A stretch of 64,000 bases of DNA from Patescibacteria group bacterium (GTDB lineage: Bacteria; Patescibacteriota; Minisyncoccia; Phycocordibacterales; CSBR16-119): assembly GCA_052033715.1 (NCBI GenBank), contig JBPOJJ010000002.1:1676-65675 (forward strand), in the 5' to 3' direction. Positions 1 through 9,879 of this stretch are shown here, piece after piece. Below the pieces are notes generated by a model, which worked only from the letters and a program-made list of their open reading frames with translations, searched no databases and was not told the origin of the DNA. Within the stretch, counting starts at the first letter, position 1. Each line of letters begins with the position of its first letter. Made by a program: the position numbers and the translations under genes.

Positions 1-66
1 GCTTGCCGAACAACATCAGCATGCGTTAGTGGAACGAAGACAACAAGTTTTACATTTTCTGACATA

Positions 67-993
67 TTAATTAACTTTATTTTTATCTTCCCCTGTCTCC
101 AAAATATTCAAAATCGATTTGGTAGTCTCGTCACTCATCTTTTTAATTGCAGAAACAGTATTGAAGGCATTTGAGCCGTTGAGTGAATACCAGACCGATA
201 GTGGCAAGTTCTTAAAGGCTTCATCTTTTCCTGGATAATCAGAAACCGCGCGGATCCTTCCAGATTGTAATTCTTTCAACAAAGCTCCTTCGTTCAAAAT
301 CCCGTGGCCCATAAATGTGACAATCAAAGCTTTGTCTTTCACTAGAGTAAACTCTTTCGCACCAATGAAATCATGACCAGCTTCTTTTGGTAGACAGAAA
401 AACACAATGTCGCTTTGTGACAAGAGATCATTCAATTCTTTATAAACGAGACCGGAGTCTTCGTGTTTGTGTTTACTGAAATATGAAATGCTTCCAGGAC
501 GAAAAGGTTTTAACATTTCTGCAATATGATTCCCGATTCTTCCCAGGCCGACGATTCCGACGTTCTGCCCTTCGAGGCCCGTTGTTGTTTTAAAATCTTT
601 ATCGCCAACTTTTCCAATTTCAAAGATTGAACGATTCATAGCCAACGCCATCGTAATCGCCCACTCCGCTACAGCGTGAGTTGGTCCGTCTGGAGAGTTG
701 GTTATCGCGACACCTTTCTTGGTCGCGTACTCCCAAGCTGGAATAAATTCCTTGTATCCAATTCCTGGAAACGAAATAACTTTTAATTCATACCCAGCAT
801 CAATTATCTTTTCACTTACTTCTTCTATACCACCTAGAATGTATCCGACTTTGCCCTTTATGGCTTCAATTAGTTCTTCTTCGCTCGGCTTTAGTTTATC
901 GATGCGTTCAATTGCGTAACCTGCGTCACGAATAAGATCTTCGTGCTCTTTGGCAATAAACAACGAGTCTGTAACTAAAATTTTTCCTTTCAT
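67..993 (-). CDS. D-isomer-specific 2-hydroxyacid dehydrogenase family (NAD-binding; glyoxylate/hydroxypyruvate reductase or PGDH-like)
   Basis: 308 aa ORF; Rossmann motif GIVGLGRIGNHIAEML; overall 2-hydroxyacid dehydrogenase architecture. Confidence 0.8.
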   Translation of the reverse strand: MKGKILVTDSLFIAKEHEDLIRDAGYAIERIDKLKPSEEELIEAIKGKVGYILGGIEEVSEKIIDAGYELKVISFPGIGYKEFIPAWEYATKKGVAITNSPDGPTHAVAEWAITMALAMNRSIFEIGKVGDKDFKTTTGLEGQNVGIVGLGRIGNHIAEMLKPFRPGSISYFSKHKHEDSGLVYKELNDLLSQSDIVFFCLPKEAGHDFIGAKEFTLVKDKALIVTFMGHGILNEGALLKELQSGRIRAVSDYPGKDEAFKNLPLSVWYSLNGSNAFNTVSAIKKMSDETTKSILNILETGEDKNKVN

Positions 994-996
994 AGA

Positions 997-1668
997 CTAT
1001 ATTATTAAGCTTCTTACTTCTTTAATCAACCCATCTCTATATTCCCCATCAAAGTTATGTCCTCCTTCTAGATCTACGAGTTTTATACTTTCATTCAAGC
1101 CAACAACTTCTTCGCCAGGCAAAACCTCATCTTGTTTCGCTCGGATTATCGTAAGCTCGGTTTCTTTTGAAACTTCATTAAAAAGACCGACGATTTCTGA
1201 CATGCTTCTGTCCTTCCAAAAGTTCGCCGGAATCAAAGTCATACTTCCATCTTTTCTGGCAAACTTCGAGACACCCGACATGTTTATTTCCGTGCCCGGG
1301 CGATTTTTGAAAGCGTTAAATGTTCTTTGAACGTCGATATTAAAAGGTGGAGTTATAAAAATTGTTTTTCGAATTCCTTTTGGTTTTAGTAGAGAAGCCG
1401 TTATCGAACCCTGCGAGTGACAAACAAGATCAATAACCGCTTCAGGGTTGGCTTCCCTAGTCCGCAGTAAAACCTCTTCTAACATCTTGGCCTGCTCTTC
1501 GAGCGGACGAGCGGTCAAAGTATTTTCAGTATCGTTTATTTCATAGTAATCGAACAACACACATTCGATATTCTCTAAACTTTTTTCAATCGCCGTAAAG
1601 AGCCCCCTATCATCTTTACGGGTTCCAAATCCGTGAGAGAAAATTACGATGTGTTTCGGATTACTCAT
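997..1668 (-). CDS. alpha/beta-fold hydrolase (esterase/lipase-like)
   Basis: 223 aa; N-terminal HGFG oxyanion-hole motif and nucleophile elbow CHSQGS (GxSxG); 4-nt overlap (ATGA) with downstream gene. Confidence 0.7.
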   Translation of the reverse strand: MSNPKHIVIFSHGFGTRKDDRGLFTAIEKSLENIECVLFDYYEINDTENTLTARPLEEQAKMLEEVLLRTREANPEAVIDLVCHSQGSITASLLKPKGIRKTIFITPPFNIDVQRTFNAFKNRPGTEINMSGVSKFARKDGSMTLIPANFWKDRSMSEIVGLFNEVSKETELTIIRAKQDEVLPGEEVVGLNESIKLVDLEGGHNFDGEYRDGLIKEVRSLII

Positions 1669-2309
1669 ATCACCTTATTTCTAAGCTCTCCCATCAAATC
1701 TTTTATCTTTTCATCTGTTATTTCCTCCGGACGAATTTTGGTCTGGCCAAAAATCTGGTTCTCGATCATTCTTCCTGACTGAGCCAATTCTTCATATTTC
1801 TCCGAGGCAACCATGTGTTTGCTACCAGAATATCTCTTGTGTCCGTCGACGAGCCTTTCCTCAAAAGAAATTATTCCATGCGGACCAACACGCATGTCAG
1901 AGTAATTACAAATTTTGTTTTCAAATGAATCCCCTATTTCGTTTATGGAAAGATTGGAAAAGCCAATGTGATTTAGACATTCTGTCGCACCAGAATTTAA
2001 ACCAATTTCCTTGGCGATCATGTGCGTAGCCACATGTTCATCGGGTCCATATTTCTGGAAAAATTCGTCTTTCACTCCTTGCCAATATTCAATTCCTTTT
2101 TCCTCCACAAATTCTGGGAAGCGCGCCAGATCTGACTTGAGTATATTTCCCATGTCGTGGAACAAACACGCCGTGACAATACTTTCAACATCCAAATTCC
2201 CACTGAAATTGTCGGTAATAGTTTTCGCCACAGCCGCCACCCGCAACTGATGCTCCTGCAAATTCGGCATTATTTTGTATTCGGAATATATTTCTTGAAC
2301 GGTTTTCAT
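1665..2309 (-). CDS. HD-domain phosphohydrolase
   Basis: 214 aa; H...HD motif (CLFHDMGN) typical of HD superfamily. Confidence 0.6.
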   Translation of the reverse strand: MKTVQEIYSEYKIMPNLQEHQLRVAAVAKTITDNFSGNLDVESIVTACLFHDMGNILKSDLARFPEFVEEKGIEYWQGVKDEFFQKYGPDEHVATHMIAKEIGLNSGATECLNHIGFSNLSINEIGDSFENKICNYSDMRVGPHGIISFEERLVDGHKRYSGSKHMVASEKYEELAQSGRMIENQIFGQTKIRPEEITDEKIKDLMGELRNKVI

Positions 2310-2311
2310 AT

Positions 2312-2878
2312 TTATTCCATCATCCCCATTAATCCCTCTAAAACTTCCGGTAATTTATCAAAGCCATCCTCAGCCGTAATGTGTCCAGCATTTGGCATGA
2401 CAATTATTTCTGCGCCAAGTTCTGCGAACTTTGTTTTGTTTTCTTCAAAAGCTCCATACGGATCGTTATTTGAAATTATAAGTTTCGATTTCGGTAAAAC
2501 TTGTTTTACCTTCTCAGGGTCGATCGATGTTTCAATCCACGGCCGAGCAATCTCTTTTGATTCTTCATCTTCTAGATTTTCCAAATTAAACCATCCGGCA
2601 ACAAAAACCGCACCGCCAACTTTTACATTTTGTTTTTCTAAATATCTAAGAATTGTCTGACAACCAATACTGTGTCCAACAAAATAAGTTTCTTCGTCCA
2701 AAGTTCCAACAACTTCACCAAGTTTTGAAACCCACGCTTCTATTTCTGGTTCGCCAGAGTTTGGCATATCCGGAGTCATGACTTCCAAACCTTTCGCTCG
2801 TAATTCTTCTGCAAGCCAAGAAAGCCAATCGCTCTTGGAATTTTCTCCCCACCGGTGAACGATGACAACTTTTTTCAT
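2312..2878 (-). CDS. alpha/beta hydrolase, RBBP9/YdeN-like serine hydrolase
   Basis: 188 aa; GHSIGC nucleophile elbow; size and motif spacing like YdeN/RBBP9 family. Confidence 0.55.
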   Translation of the reverse strand: MKKVVIVHRWGENSKSDWLSWLAEELRAKGLEVMTPDMPNSGEPEIEAWVSKLGEVVGTLDEETYFVGHSIGCQTILRYLEKQNVKVGGAVFVAGWFNLENLEDEESKEIARPWIETSIDPEKVKQVLPKSKLIISNNDPYGAFEENKTKFAELGAEIIVMPNAGHITAEDGFDKLPEVLEGLMGMME

Positions 2879-2880
2879 TT

Positions 2881-2917
2881 CCTAATTCTGCTCTTTTTTC
2901 CAAACTTTTACAAGAAA
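2881..2917 (-). repeat. copy 1 of a duplicated ~36-bp 5' leader/promoter module (CCTAATTCTGCTCTTTTTTCCAAACTTTTACAAGAAA)
   Basis: Near-identical to 3353..3388. Both copies sit immediately 5' of a minus-strand start codon (hydrolase at 2878, DoxX at 3350). The minus-strand reading gives TTGTAA-N17-CAGAAT then AGGAA RBS. Confidence 0.5.
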
Positions 2918-2918
2918 A

Positions 2919-3350
2919 CTAGTTCTGTGAGATTTTGCGCTTATTTTCGATCGCGAGAATTGCGAAAACCAAGATATAAATCAAATGATCGTCGACGACG
3001 GGATTATTTTCCGGCGGAAATGATGCCAGATACATGAGGAGCATCATGACGATACCGGCGAGAGCACCCCATTTCAGATATTTCGGGATGAGAAGCGCGA
3101 GACCAATACCGAGAAGTCCAAGCATAAAAAGCCAGTCGACAATTCCTGAGTTCGCCAAGCTTTGGAAAAATGTCGCAAACGGTCCATGTGTTCCGTGAAG
3201 AAGAAACCCACTCGTTGGCGATCCACCAGCAATCCAAGCCGATGCTTTGGCTGTCGCAAATCCTAGTCCGAAAGTCTTGTCCAAAAATGCCCAGAGAAAA
3301 ACGAAACTCATCGCATAACGCAAACATTTTAAAATATTATTTTTATTCAT
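2919..3350 (-). CDS. DoxX-family membrane protein
   Basis: 143 aa, 4 predicted TM helices; DoxX-like N-terminus (LRYAMSFVFLWAFLDK). Confidence 0.55.
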   Translation of the reverse strand: MNKNNILKCLRYAMSFVFLWAFLDKTFGLGFATAKASAWIAGGSPTSGFLLHGTHGPFATFFQSLANSGIVDWLFMLGLLGIGLALLIPKYLKWGALAGIVMMLLMYLASFPPENNPVVDDHLIYILVFAILAIENKRKISQN

Positions 3351-3352
3351 CC

Positions 3353-3388
3353 CCCAATTCTGCTCCTTTTTCCAAACTTTTACAAGAA
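3353..3388 (-). repeat. copy 2 of the duplicated ~36-bp 5' leader/promoter module
   Basis: CCCAATTCTGCTCCTTTTTCCAAACTTTTACAAGAAA; only 2-3 mismatches to copy 1. Confidence 0.5.
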
Positions 3389-3415
3389 ATGAAAATCATT
3401 GACTAATTATTCGAA

Positions 3416-3685
3416 TTGTATTATTTTCTCTACAAAACCCCCGTCATGGACAAGCCCGAAGTAAAGATCACGATCAATATCACTGATACCGACACAACGC
3501 CCAGTATTCACCTCGCCGAAGTCCTCGTTGAAACGGAGACCGGCTCATGGCCAGAGACCGTTGGTTCGGCTGGAGAACTCAAGTGGTTCTTGCGCGGACT
3601 CAAATGCATGGCCGGAACCTTGGGGCGGCAAGATGTGGCGGTAAGCATACCCGGTGTTCCTCGCGAGATGCTTCAAGGATTCTGA
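3416..3685 (+). CDS. small hypothetical protein (89 aa; alternative start at 3446, MDKPEV)
   Basis: GC-rich ORF with a hairpin terminator ~95 nt downstream; no recognisable domain. Confidence 0.3.
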   Translation: MYYFLYKTPVMDKPEVKITINITDTDTTPSIHLAEVLVETETGSWPETVGSAGELKWFLRGLKCMAGTLGRQDVAVSIPGVPREMLQGF

Positions 3686-3780
3686 AGCACTTCAAAGCAC
3701 CCCGGTCAGTGTGACCTCAACTGGACCTGTTCTCTCGCAGGCCTGCGCATCCACGCAAGTTGAGACGTCATAGCTACCCG

Positions 3781-3814
3781 ACCCCCGTCAGCGATGACGG
3801 GGGTTAGCTTTTTC
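3781..3814 (+). terminator. rho-independent terminator (ACCCCCGTCAGCGATGACGGGGGT + TAGCTTTTTC)
   Basis: 10-bp GC-rich perfect stem followed by T-tract. Confidence 0.6.
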
Positions 3815-3864
3815 TAGGAAGAAAACCCTTGTAAAAACCCCGTTTTGGTATAACATCTAAAATA

Positions 3865-5145
3865 ATGACTTCAACGAAAAGGATCCTGCTTGTTTTGGGC
3901 GATATCATCGCCTTAGGGCTTGCCTTTGCCGGCATGCTTCTTATCCGTTTCGGCTGGAATCCAGACCCGGTAATTGTCTTGGCTCACACAACCTCTTTCA
4001 TAACACTATCCATCATCTGGCTCATCATTCTATATGTATACAACCTCTATGACGCTCAATTTATAAAAGCGACGCTCCGAAGTTTCAGAAATATTTTCCT
4101 GGCCCTCATCACTTGCCTCGGTGTCGGCTTCATCCTCTTTTACCTAGTACCCTTCCCTGTCGCACCAAAAACAAATTTGGTTATCTCTGTCGGGCTATTC
4201 GCTTTTTTCTTGGCTCTCTGGAGAATGGGTTACTCAGCCATAATCGCTCACAACTTCAAAAAAGTCGTTGTCATAGTTGGCGCCACCGATGAAACAAAGC
4301 GTTTGGTTGGAGAACTCGAGAGTCAGAAGCATCTAGGTTATGTGATATTTGGAACCTTCAATTCGATAACAGAAGCTTTCGCCGCGTGTCCACAAGCCGA
4401 GATGATCATTTACGACAAAGCTCTGCAAGGCAATGATTTACAGACCGTTGTCGAGGCTGATGTCGATGTCGTGAATGTTCGCGACGCTTACCAAGAAATT
4501 TTTCACTTGATTCCTGTGGAACTAGTCGATGATGGATTTGCTGTGCGAGTAATTGAGAAGAACGACAATCCGCTTTACAGACTCACGAGCCGATTAGTTT
4601 CCATAATTTTTGCTTCAATAATTCTCATCGCTACGCTTCCAATTACGCTCGTATTCGCAATGCTCATTTATCTATACGACCGCGGACCAATATTTTTTAA
4701 TCATGCTCGAGTCGGTTATCGCGGAAAAGTTTTTCAAATCTTCAAGCTCCGTTCAATGGTTATAAATGCTGAAGGTAACGGTGCTGTCTGGGCTGAAAAT
4801 AAAGATCCTCGCATCACGCCAATCGGTCGCATCATTCGAAAAACCCACATCGATGAAATCCCACAAATGCTAAACGTCTTGCTCGGCGACATCACCCTCG
4901 TCGGACCAAGACCTGAGCGCCCAGAATTCGTGAGCAAGCTCGCAAACGAAATTCCTTATTATTACTTGCGACACAGTATCAAACCAGGATTTACTGGTTG
5001 GGCTCAGATCAAATTCCGCTATGCCCGCTCTGTCATGGATTCGAAGGAGAAATTCGAGTATGATTTGTACTATATCAAGAACCGCAATTTCATCCTTGAT
5101 CTAGGCATCATCGCCAAGACGATCCAAATCATTTTTACCCACTAA
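3865..5145 (+). CDS. undecaprenyl-phosphate sugar phosphotransferase (WbaP/'bacterial sugar transferase' family, initiating enzyme)
   Basis: 426 aa; N-terminal TM segments; C-terminal sugar-transferase motifs (FKLRSMV, DEIPQMLNVLLGDITLVGPRP). Confidence 0.85.
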   Translation: MTSTKRILLVLGDIIALGLAFAGMLLIRFGWNPDPVIVLAHTTSFITLSIIWLIILYVYNLYDAQFIKATLRSFRNIFLALITCLGVGFILFYLVPFPVAPKTNLVISVGLFAFFLALWRMGYSAIIAHNFKKVVVIVGATDETKRLVGELESQKHLGYVIFGTFNSITEAFAACPQAEMIIYDKALQGNDLQTVVEADVDVVNVRDAYQEIFHLIPVELVDDGFAVRVIEKNDNPLYRLTSRLVSIIFASIILIATLPITLVFAMLIYLYDRGPIFFNHARVGYRGKVFQIFKLRSMVINAEGNGAVWAENKDPRITPIGRIIRKTHIDEIPQMLNVLLGDITLVGPRPERPEFVSKLANEIPYYYLRHSIKPGFTGWAQIKFRYARSVMDSKEKFEYDLYYIKNRNFILDLGIIAKTIQIIFTH

Positions 5146-5147
5146 AC

Positions 5148-6596
5148 ATGGAAAAACTCAAAGCCTTCTTATTCAAAAACACTTCGACCAAACAAACCGT
5201 CGCCAAAAATTCTATTTGGCTCCTTGTCGGCGACATCCTCGGAAGGCTTTTGAAACTCGCTATCGTCGTCGTGGCCACTCGCGAACTGGGAGTCGAAGGT
5301 TGGGGAATTTTTTCATACGGCCTGGCTTTCGTCGGGCTCTTCTTTTTATTGGGTGACTTTGGCATCAACACTTTCATTACCAAAGAAATGTCCAGAGACG
5401 AAGAAGGAAAACACAAATACCTGGCCACAGCCATTGTCATTCGTCTGTCTTTCCTACTTATATTTTTCCTGGCGGCAATTTTGGCCGGGCCACATCTGGG
5501 AAAAATCGAGCTCGGCTTCAGTATGATTTTGGTCCTAGCGACTTTTTCCATTTTCGAATCGATCCGCGAATTCGCCATGTCGATCAATCGTTCAAGACAG
5601 AGGATGGAGATTGAAGGCTTCTCAAAAATACTCATCAACCTCTCCATCACAGTAATTGGAATCCTACTGCTCTCACAAAGCGCCGAACCATTTTCTGTTG
5701 CTATGGCCTACATGCTTGGAAGCATTATCGCCACAATCTACATTCTCTGGAGCATCCGTAAAGAATTCAAAGGTCTCAAATGGAAATTCTCCAAAGAAAA
5801 TTTCAAAGTCATCTACAATTTCTCTTGGCCGATTGTCATTATGGGATTTTTTGGAGTTCTCTTTAGTCTCGACACCATAATGCTCGGACAAATGAAGTCC
5901 GCGACCGAGGTCGGCCTCTACACCACCGGTCAGCGAGTCATCACCCTGTCTTCGATGATCCCAGGATTGATCGCCGTATCAATACTCCCAATATTTTCAA
6001 AATACGAAAATGATCCGATCCGTGCTGGTGCAATTTTCGAAAAAATTATGAGGGTACTTTTAGCTTTTGGTATTCCGATCGCCGTCGGCGGGATATTTTT
6101 TAGCTACGATATTATCGCGCTCATGTTCGGTCCGGAATTTTTAGCTGGAACATTAACTTTACAAATATTAATGGTCTCGATTTTGGCTTCTTTCCCGAAC
6201 ATTATCCTGACCAATTTGATATTTTCCAAAAGCCTCCAAAAAACTTTTATCTTCGTAACTATCTTTGGCGTCTTGCTTGATATCGGACTAAATTTCTGGC
6301 TAATCCCGATTTATGGTGCGGCGGGTGCGGCGGCCTCTACAGTACTCGCCGAACTTATCATTATGGGCGCAAACTGGCGCAAGATGAAAAAATTCGTGCC
6401 GTTTAGTGTTGTGTCAAAACTTGGTAGAGTAATTCTTGCGACCATCATCATGACTCTTGGCATTGTGGCACTGAACGCAATCGGTATTCATTTTATCCTT
6501 GTTATAATACTAGCGATGGGAATTTACGCACTCGCACTTCATCTCTTAAAAGAGCCGATTTTCAAAGAAATACTTTCGCTGCGCAAAGCCAAGTAG
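5148..6596 (+). CDS. Wzx-type polysaccharide flippase (MOP/polysaccharide biosynthesis protein family)
   Basis: 482 aa, ~12-14 TM helices; N-terminus typical of PST/Wzx family; 2-nt gap after transferase gene. Confidence 0.75.
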   Translation: MEKLKAFLFKNTSTKQTVAKNSIWLLVGDILGRLLKLAIVVVATRELGVEGWGIFSYGLAFVGLFFLLGDFGINTFITKEMSRDEEGKHKYLATAIVIRLSFLLIFFLAAILAGPHLGKIELGFSMILVLATFSIFESIREFAMSINRSRQRMEIEGFSKILINLSITVIGILLLSQSAEPFSVAMAYMLGSIIATIYILWSIRKEFKGLKWKFSKENFKVIYNFSWPIVIMGFFGVLFSLDTIMLGQMKSATEVGLYTTGQRVITLSSMIPGLIAVSILPIFSKYENDPIRAGAIFEKIMRVLLAFGIPIAVGGIFFSYDIIALMFGPEFLAGTLTLQILMVSILASFPNIILTNLIFSKSLQKTFIFVTIFGVLLDIGLNFWLIPIYGAAGAAASTVLAELIIMGANWRKMKKFVPFSVVSKLGRVILATIIMTLGIVALNAIGIHFILVIILAMGIYALALHLLKEPIFKEILSLRKAK

Positions 6597-6627
6597 TGCA
6601 GTATGTGCAATAATATTTTTAATTTAT

Positions 6628-7494
6628 ATGAAAATAATAACTATATTTGATCGCAACGAGGATTTTATAAAGATGCAATACGAAAGTATCGTCAAACACG
6701 TCAAAGGTAACTACGAATACATCGTTTTTAATAATGCGAAGACCAAAAAGCAAGCTGAGAAAATAAAGGCCTGCTGTGACTCTTTGGGAATAAAATCAAT
6801 AAGAATTAAAGTACCATTTTCTTGGATGAAAACTCCGTCTCAAATAGCCGGAATCGCCCTGAACAAAGCGCATCGACACATTGCCGATATCGAAGGACCT
6901 TTCTTCAAACTCGACAGCGACATGTTTTTCATTGCCGACGTGAACTTGGAGAATCTTTTCGAGATAAACGACCTAGTCTATGTTCCAACTTACGTGCCGA
7001 TAAAAACTGTCTGGAGTGGGCTCTTCGGCATAAACTTGAAAAAAGTAAAATTTGATTTTGATTACAGACCCGGACTTGTGCCAAATACTGATACCTTTGG
7101 CAAAAGTTATTACCTGGTTAAGGACAATATGTATAGCGAAACACTCCTCGGCATGCACAATCTAATAGACATTCAGGATGGGGTCATCGAAACAAATCTA
7201 AATGGCTGCTGCTTGATGAAATTCGACCACAGCGGTTTGATCTTTAGAGAGAACAATAATTTCAAAGACGTCGATGTTGTTGAATTGAGAAAGAGATATG
7301 AAGAAATTATCGAGATTATGGAAAAATATGGTTTTCCAAAACCATATAATCTTGATTTTATGACCCTGAATGGCGAAAATTTCGTGCTTCATTTCAAATC
7401 AAGCAACTGGTGCCCTTGGTATACAGAAAATTACGTTTATTCGAAAAAAGAAGCCATTAAAAGACTCCTGGGAGACACTCCGTCGGCATCCTAA
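6628..7494 (+). CDS. putative GT-A fold glycosyltransferase (hypothetical)
   Basis: 288 aa; DxD-like LDSDMFF; position inside glycan locus. Confidence 0.4.
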   Translation: MKIITIFDRNEDFIKMQYESIVKHVKGNYEYIVFNNAKTKKQAEKIKACCDSLGIKSIRIKVPFSWMKTPSQIAGIALNKAHRHIADIEGPFFKLDSDMFFIADVNLENLFEINDLVYVPTYVPIKTVWSGLFGINLKKVKFDFDYRPGLVPNTDTFGKSYYLVKDNMYSETLLGMHNLIDIQDGVIETNLNGCCLMKFDHSGLIFRENNNFKDVDVVELRKRYEEIIEIMEKYGFPKPYNLDFMTLNGENFVLHFKSSNWCPWYTENYVYSKKEAIKRLLGDTPSAS

Positions 7495-7550
7495 ACAAAG
7501 GCTTATTTTTCTTGCAAAAATGCTCCTAAATGGGATAATGACGAGCATCA

Positions 7551-8492
7551 ATGGTTATGAGCAAGCTTGTCTGGATAAAAAACCATATCATTAGGGTCCT
7601 GCATCTTGTCTTACATGCCTGGATTCCTTTTTATTTCCGCAAGATTTTTGGACTAAAACCAAAGATTCAAACAGAGTTTCAAATGAAGCTCGGTGTTTCT
7701 TACAACCTCTTTGACGGCGAGGAACTCATGGAATACTCAATCAAAAGCATCCGTGAAAACGTTGATTTCATCTGTGTCGTATGGCAGAAAATTTCAAATC
7801 ACGGCGAAACGTGTAATCCTGAAGTTCCAGCACTTCTCGATCGACTTGTAGCCGAAGGCTCGGTTGACAAACTTTATTTGTACGAACCCGACATTGCAAA
7901 CACCGGCGGAGAAAATGCCTCTATGAACGAAACCAAAAAAAGAAATATCGGTCTGGAACTTTGCCGCGAAGCTGGATGTTCACATCACCTGACGATCGAC
8001 ACGGACGAGTTTTATACTGACGAACAAATGCGATTTATGAAAACTGTGATGGAGTATGGTGATTACGGTACAGGCTACTGTCAGCACCGTCAGTATTACA
8101 AAGATTCGATTTATCAAATCAAACACCCAGAGCGTCAGTATGTTGCTACAATTGAAAAAATTATGCCGGAGACAAAATATGTTTACGCTATCCCCTGCGT
8201 TGTAGGCATCGATCCAACCAGAAAAACGAACAATGTAAAAGGATTGGGAATGCGCTATAGAATTTTCGCTCGACAAGAATGCGAGATGCACCACTTGTCG
8301 TTCGTGAGAAAAGACATCAAGAAAAAGCTTTGGAATCATTCGTCAAAGAGATTTTTTACCGAAGAATCGGTCGACCGAATCGTTGAATATTATAAAAATT
8401 GGAAATACCCAGCCAAAGCCATGTGGGCCGGCGAAGCCATGCGTGAAGTGATCGAAGTTCCGCGCCAGTTTGAAATTTATAAAATAGACTAA
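7551..8492 (+). CDS. putative glycosyltransferase (hypothetical); more likely start at 7683 (MKLGVSYNLFDGEE)
   Basis: DxD-like IDTDEFY; GT-like N-terminal beta strand after internal Met; glycan-locus context. Confidence 0.4.
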   Translation: MVMSKLVWIKNHIIRVLHLVLHAWIPFYFRKIFGLKPKIQTEFQMKLGVSYNLFDGEELMEYSIKSIRENVDFICVVWQKISNHGETCNPEVPALLDRLVAEGSVDKLYLYEPDIANTGGENASMNETKKRNIGLELCREAGCSHHLTIDTDEFYTDEQMRFMKTVMEYGDYGTGYCQHRQYYKDSIYQIKHPERQYVATIEKIMPETKYVYAIPCVVGIDPTRKTNNVKGLGMRYRIFARQECEMHHLSFVRKDIKKKLWNHSSKRFFTEESVDRIVEYYKNWKYPAKAMWAGEAMREVIEVPRQFEIYKID

Positions 8493-8493
8493 T

Positions 8494-9879
8494 ATGAAAT
8501 TTTTAAGTATCTGTATTCCAACATACGAAATGGGCGGTCTGGGGACTAAATTTCTGGCCGAATCTTTTGATATTCTAAATAGACAAACATTTAAAGATTT
8601 TGAGGTTATTATTTCTGATCATTCCAAAGATTCTTTGATTAAAGATCTCTGTAACAAGTACGCCGACAAACTAGATATCAAATATTTTCAAAATCCAGAT
8701 AATCGCGGTAATTCTTCTGCTAATCTCAACAACGCGATTAAGCACGCCGATGGCAAACTCATAAAAATCCTTTTCCAGGACGATTTTCTTTTTGATGAAA
8801 AATCTCTAGAGAAAACTGTCGCTAATTTTGATTTAGAAAAAGATTTCTGGCTTGCAAGCGCCTGTGAACATTCTCGAGATGGAAAAACACTTGAAAGGTC
8901 CTTCTATCCAAAGTACAATCACAAAATTCATCTTGGCAAAAATACTTTAAGCTCTCCTTCGGTAATCACGATCAAAAATGATTCTCCACTCTTTTTTGAC
9001 GAGAACCTGATTTGGCTCATGGACTGCGATTACTATCGACGATGCTATGAAGCTTTTGGCGAGCCGAGGATTTTAAAAGACATAACCGTCGTTAACCGCA
9101 TCGGAAAACACCAGGTAACAAAAGTTTTGGCAACACAAAAAGTAAGGTCCAGGGAATACAAATATATGGTTGGGAAATTTGGCAGAAACCCTGGTCCGGT
9201 TATTTTATCAAACGTATCCCTTATAACAGCGGGTAGTGTCAAAATTTCGGAAGCCATCGAAGCTTTGAAAAAAAGCATGCGCGGAATGAAATTTGCCGAG
9301 GTTTTATTTTTTACGCACGAAGATTTGGATTTGAAGGAAGACGGTATAAGCGTAATAAAAATCCCGCGCCTCGATTACAAGGGCTATAATGAATTCATTG
9401 CCTACAAACTGTCTCGATACATAAAAACAGATTTTGTTCTTGTCGTACAAAATGATGGATATATTCTGCGTCCACAAAAGTGGCAATCAAAATTTTTGGA
9501 TTACGATTACATCGGAGCACCTTGGCCGCCAAATGTTCATTTCACCAACAGAGGCGTAAATGTTCGGGTTGGCAACGGAGGATTTAGCTTGCGCAGCAAA
9601 AAGCTCCTCGATATTTTAAACGAGCTTAATCTTACTTTTACTGACGGCGGCACCGGATACCCCCACGAGGATGGACTTATCTGCAATCATTATCGTCACG
9701 AGCTTGAAGACGCCGGTATAAAATTTGCTCCAGTTCACATCGCAGCTGAATTTAGTCATGAAGTTGATTGTAAAGAATCTGTGTATCAGCCTTTCGGCTT
9801 CCACGGAAGTAAGCTGGTCCTGCCAAGAATCTTCTGGCCAATAAAAAAGATTCTGCGTAAAATGGGCATACGGATATGA
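8494..9879 (+). CDS. family 2 glycosyltransferase fused to a C-terminal DUF5672-like domain
   Basis: 461 aa; N-terminal GT2 signature (CIPTYEMGG...FEVIISDHSKD); C-terminal half with GNGGFSLRS motif. Confidence 0.7.
   Translation: MKFLSICIPTYEMGGLGTKFLAESFDILNRQTFKDFEVIISDHSKDSLIKDLCNKYADKLDIKYFQNPDNRGNSSANLNNAIKHADGKLIKILFQDDFLFDEKSLEKTVANFDLEKDFWLASACEHSRDGKTLERSFYPKYNHKIHLGKNTLSSPSVITIKNDSPLFFDENLIWLMDCDYYRRCYEAFGEPRILKDITVVNRIGKHQVTKVLATQKVRSREYKYMVGKFGRNPGPVILSNVSLITAGSVKISEAIEALKKSMRGMKFAEVLFFTHEDLDLKEDGISVIKIPRLDYKGYNEFIAYKLSRYIKTDFVLVVQNDGYILRPQKWQSKFLDYDYIGAPWPPNVHFTNRGVNVRVGNGGFSLRSKKLLDILNELNLTFTDGGTGYPHEDGLICNHYRHELEDAGIKFAPVHIAAEFSHEVDCKESVYQPFGFHGSKLVLPRIFWPIKKILRKMGIRI

Noticed and set aside
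5135-5650. 171-aa minus-strand ORF antisense to the Wzx flippase (and similar antisense ORFs such as 13089..13592, 21864..22256, 55134..55727, 58167..58757, 59571..60170)
   Set aside because: Fully embedded antisense to well-supported genes, no start-site signals, low-complexity translations; typical spurious six-frame ORFs.
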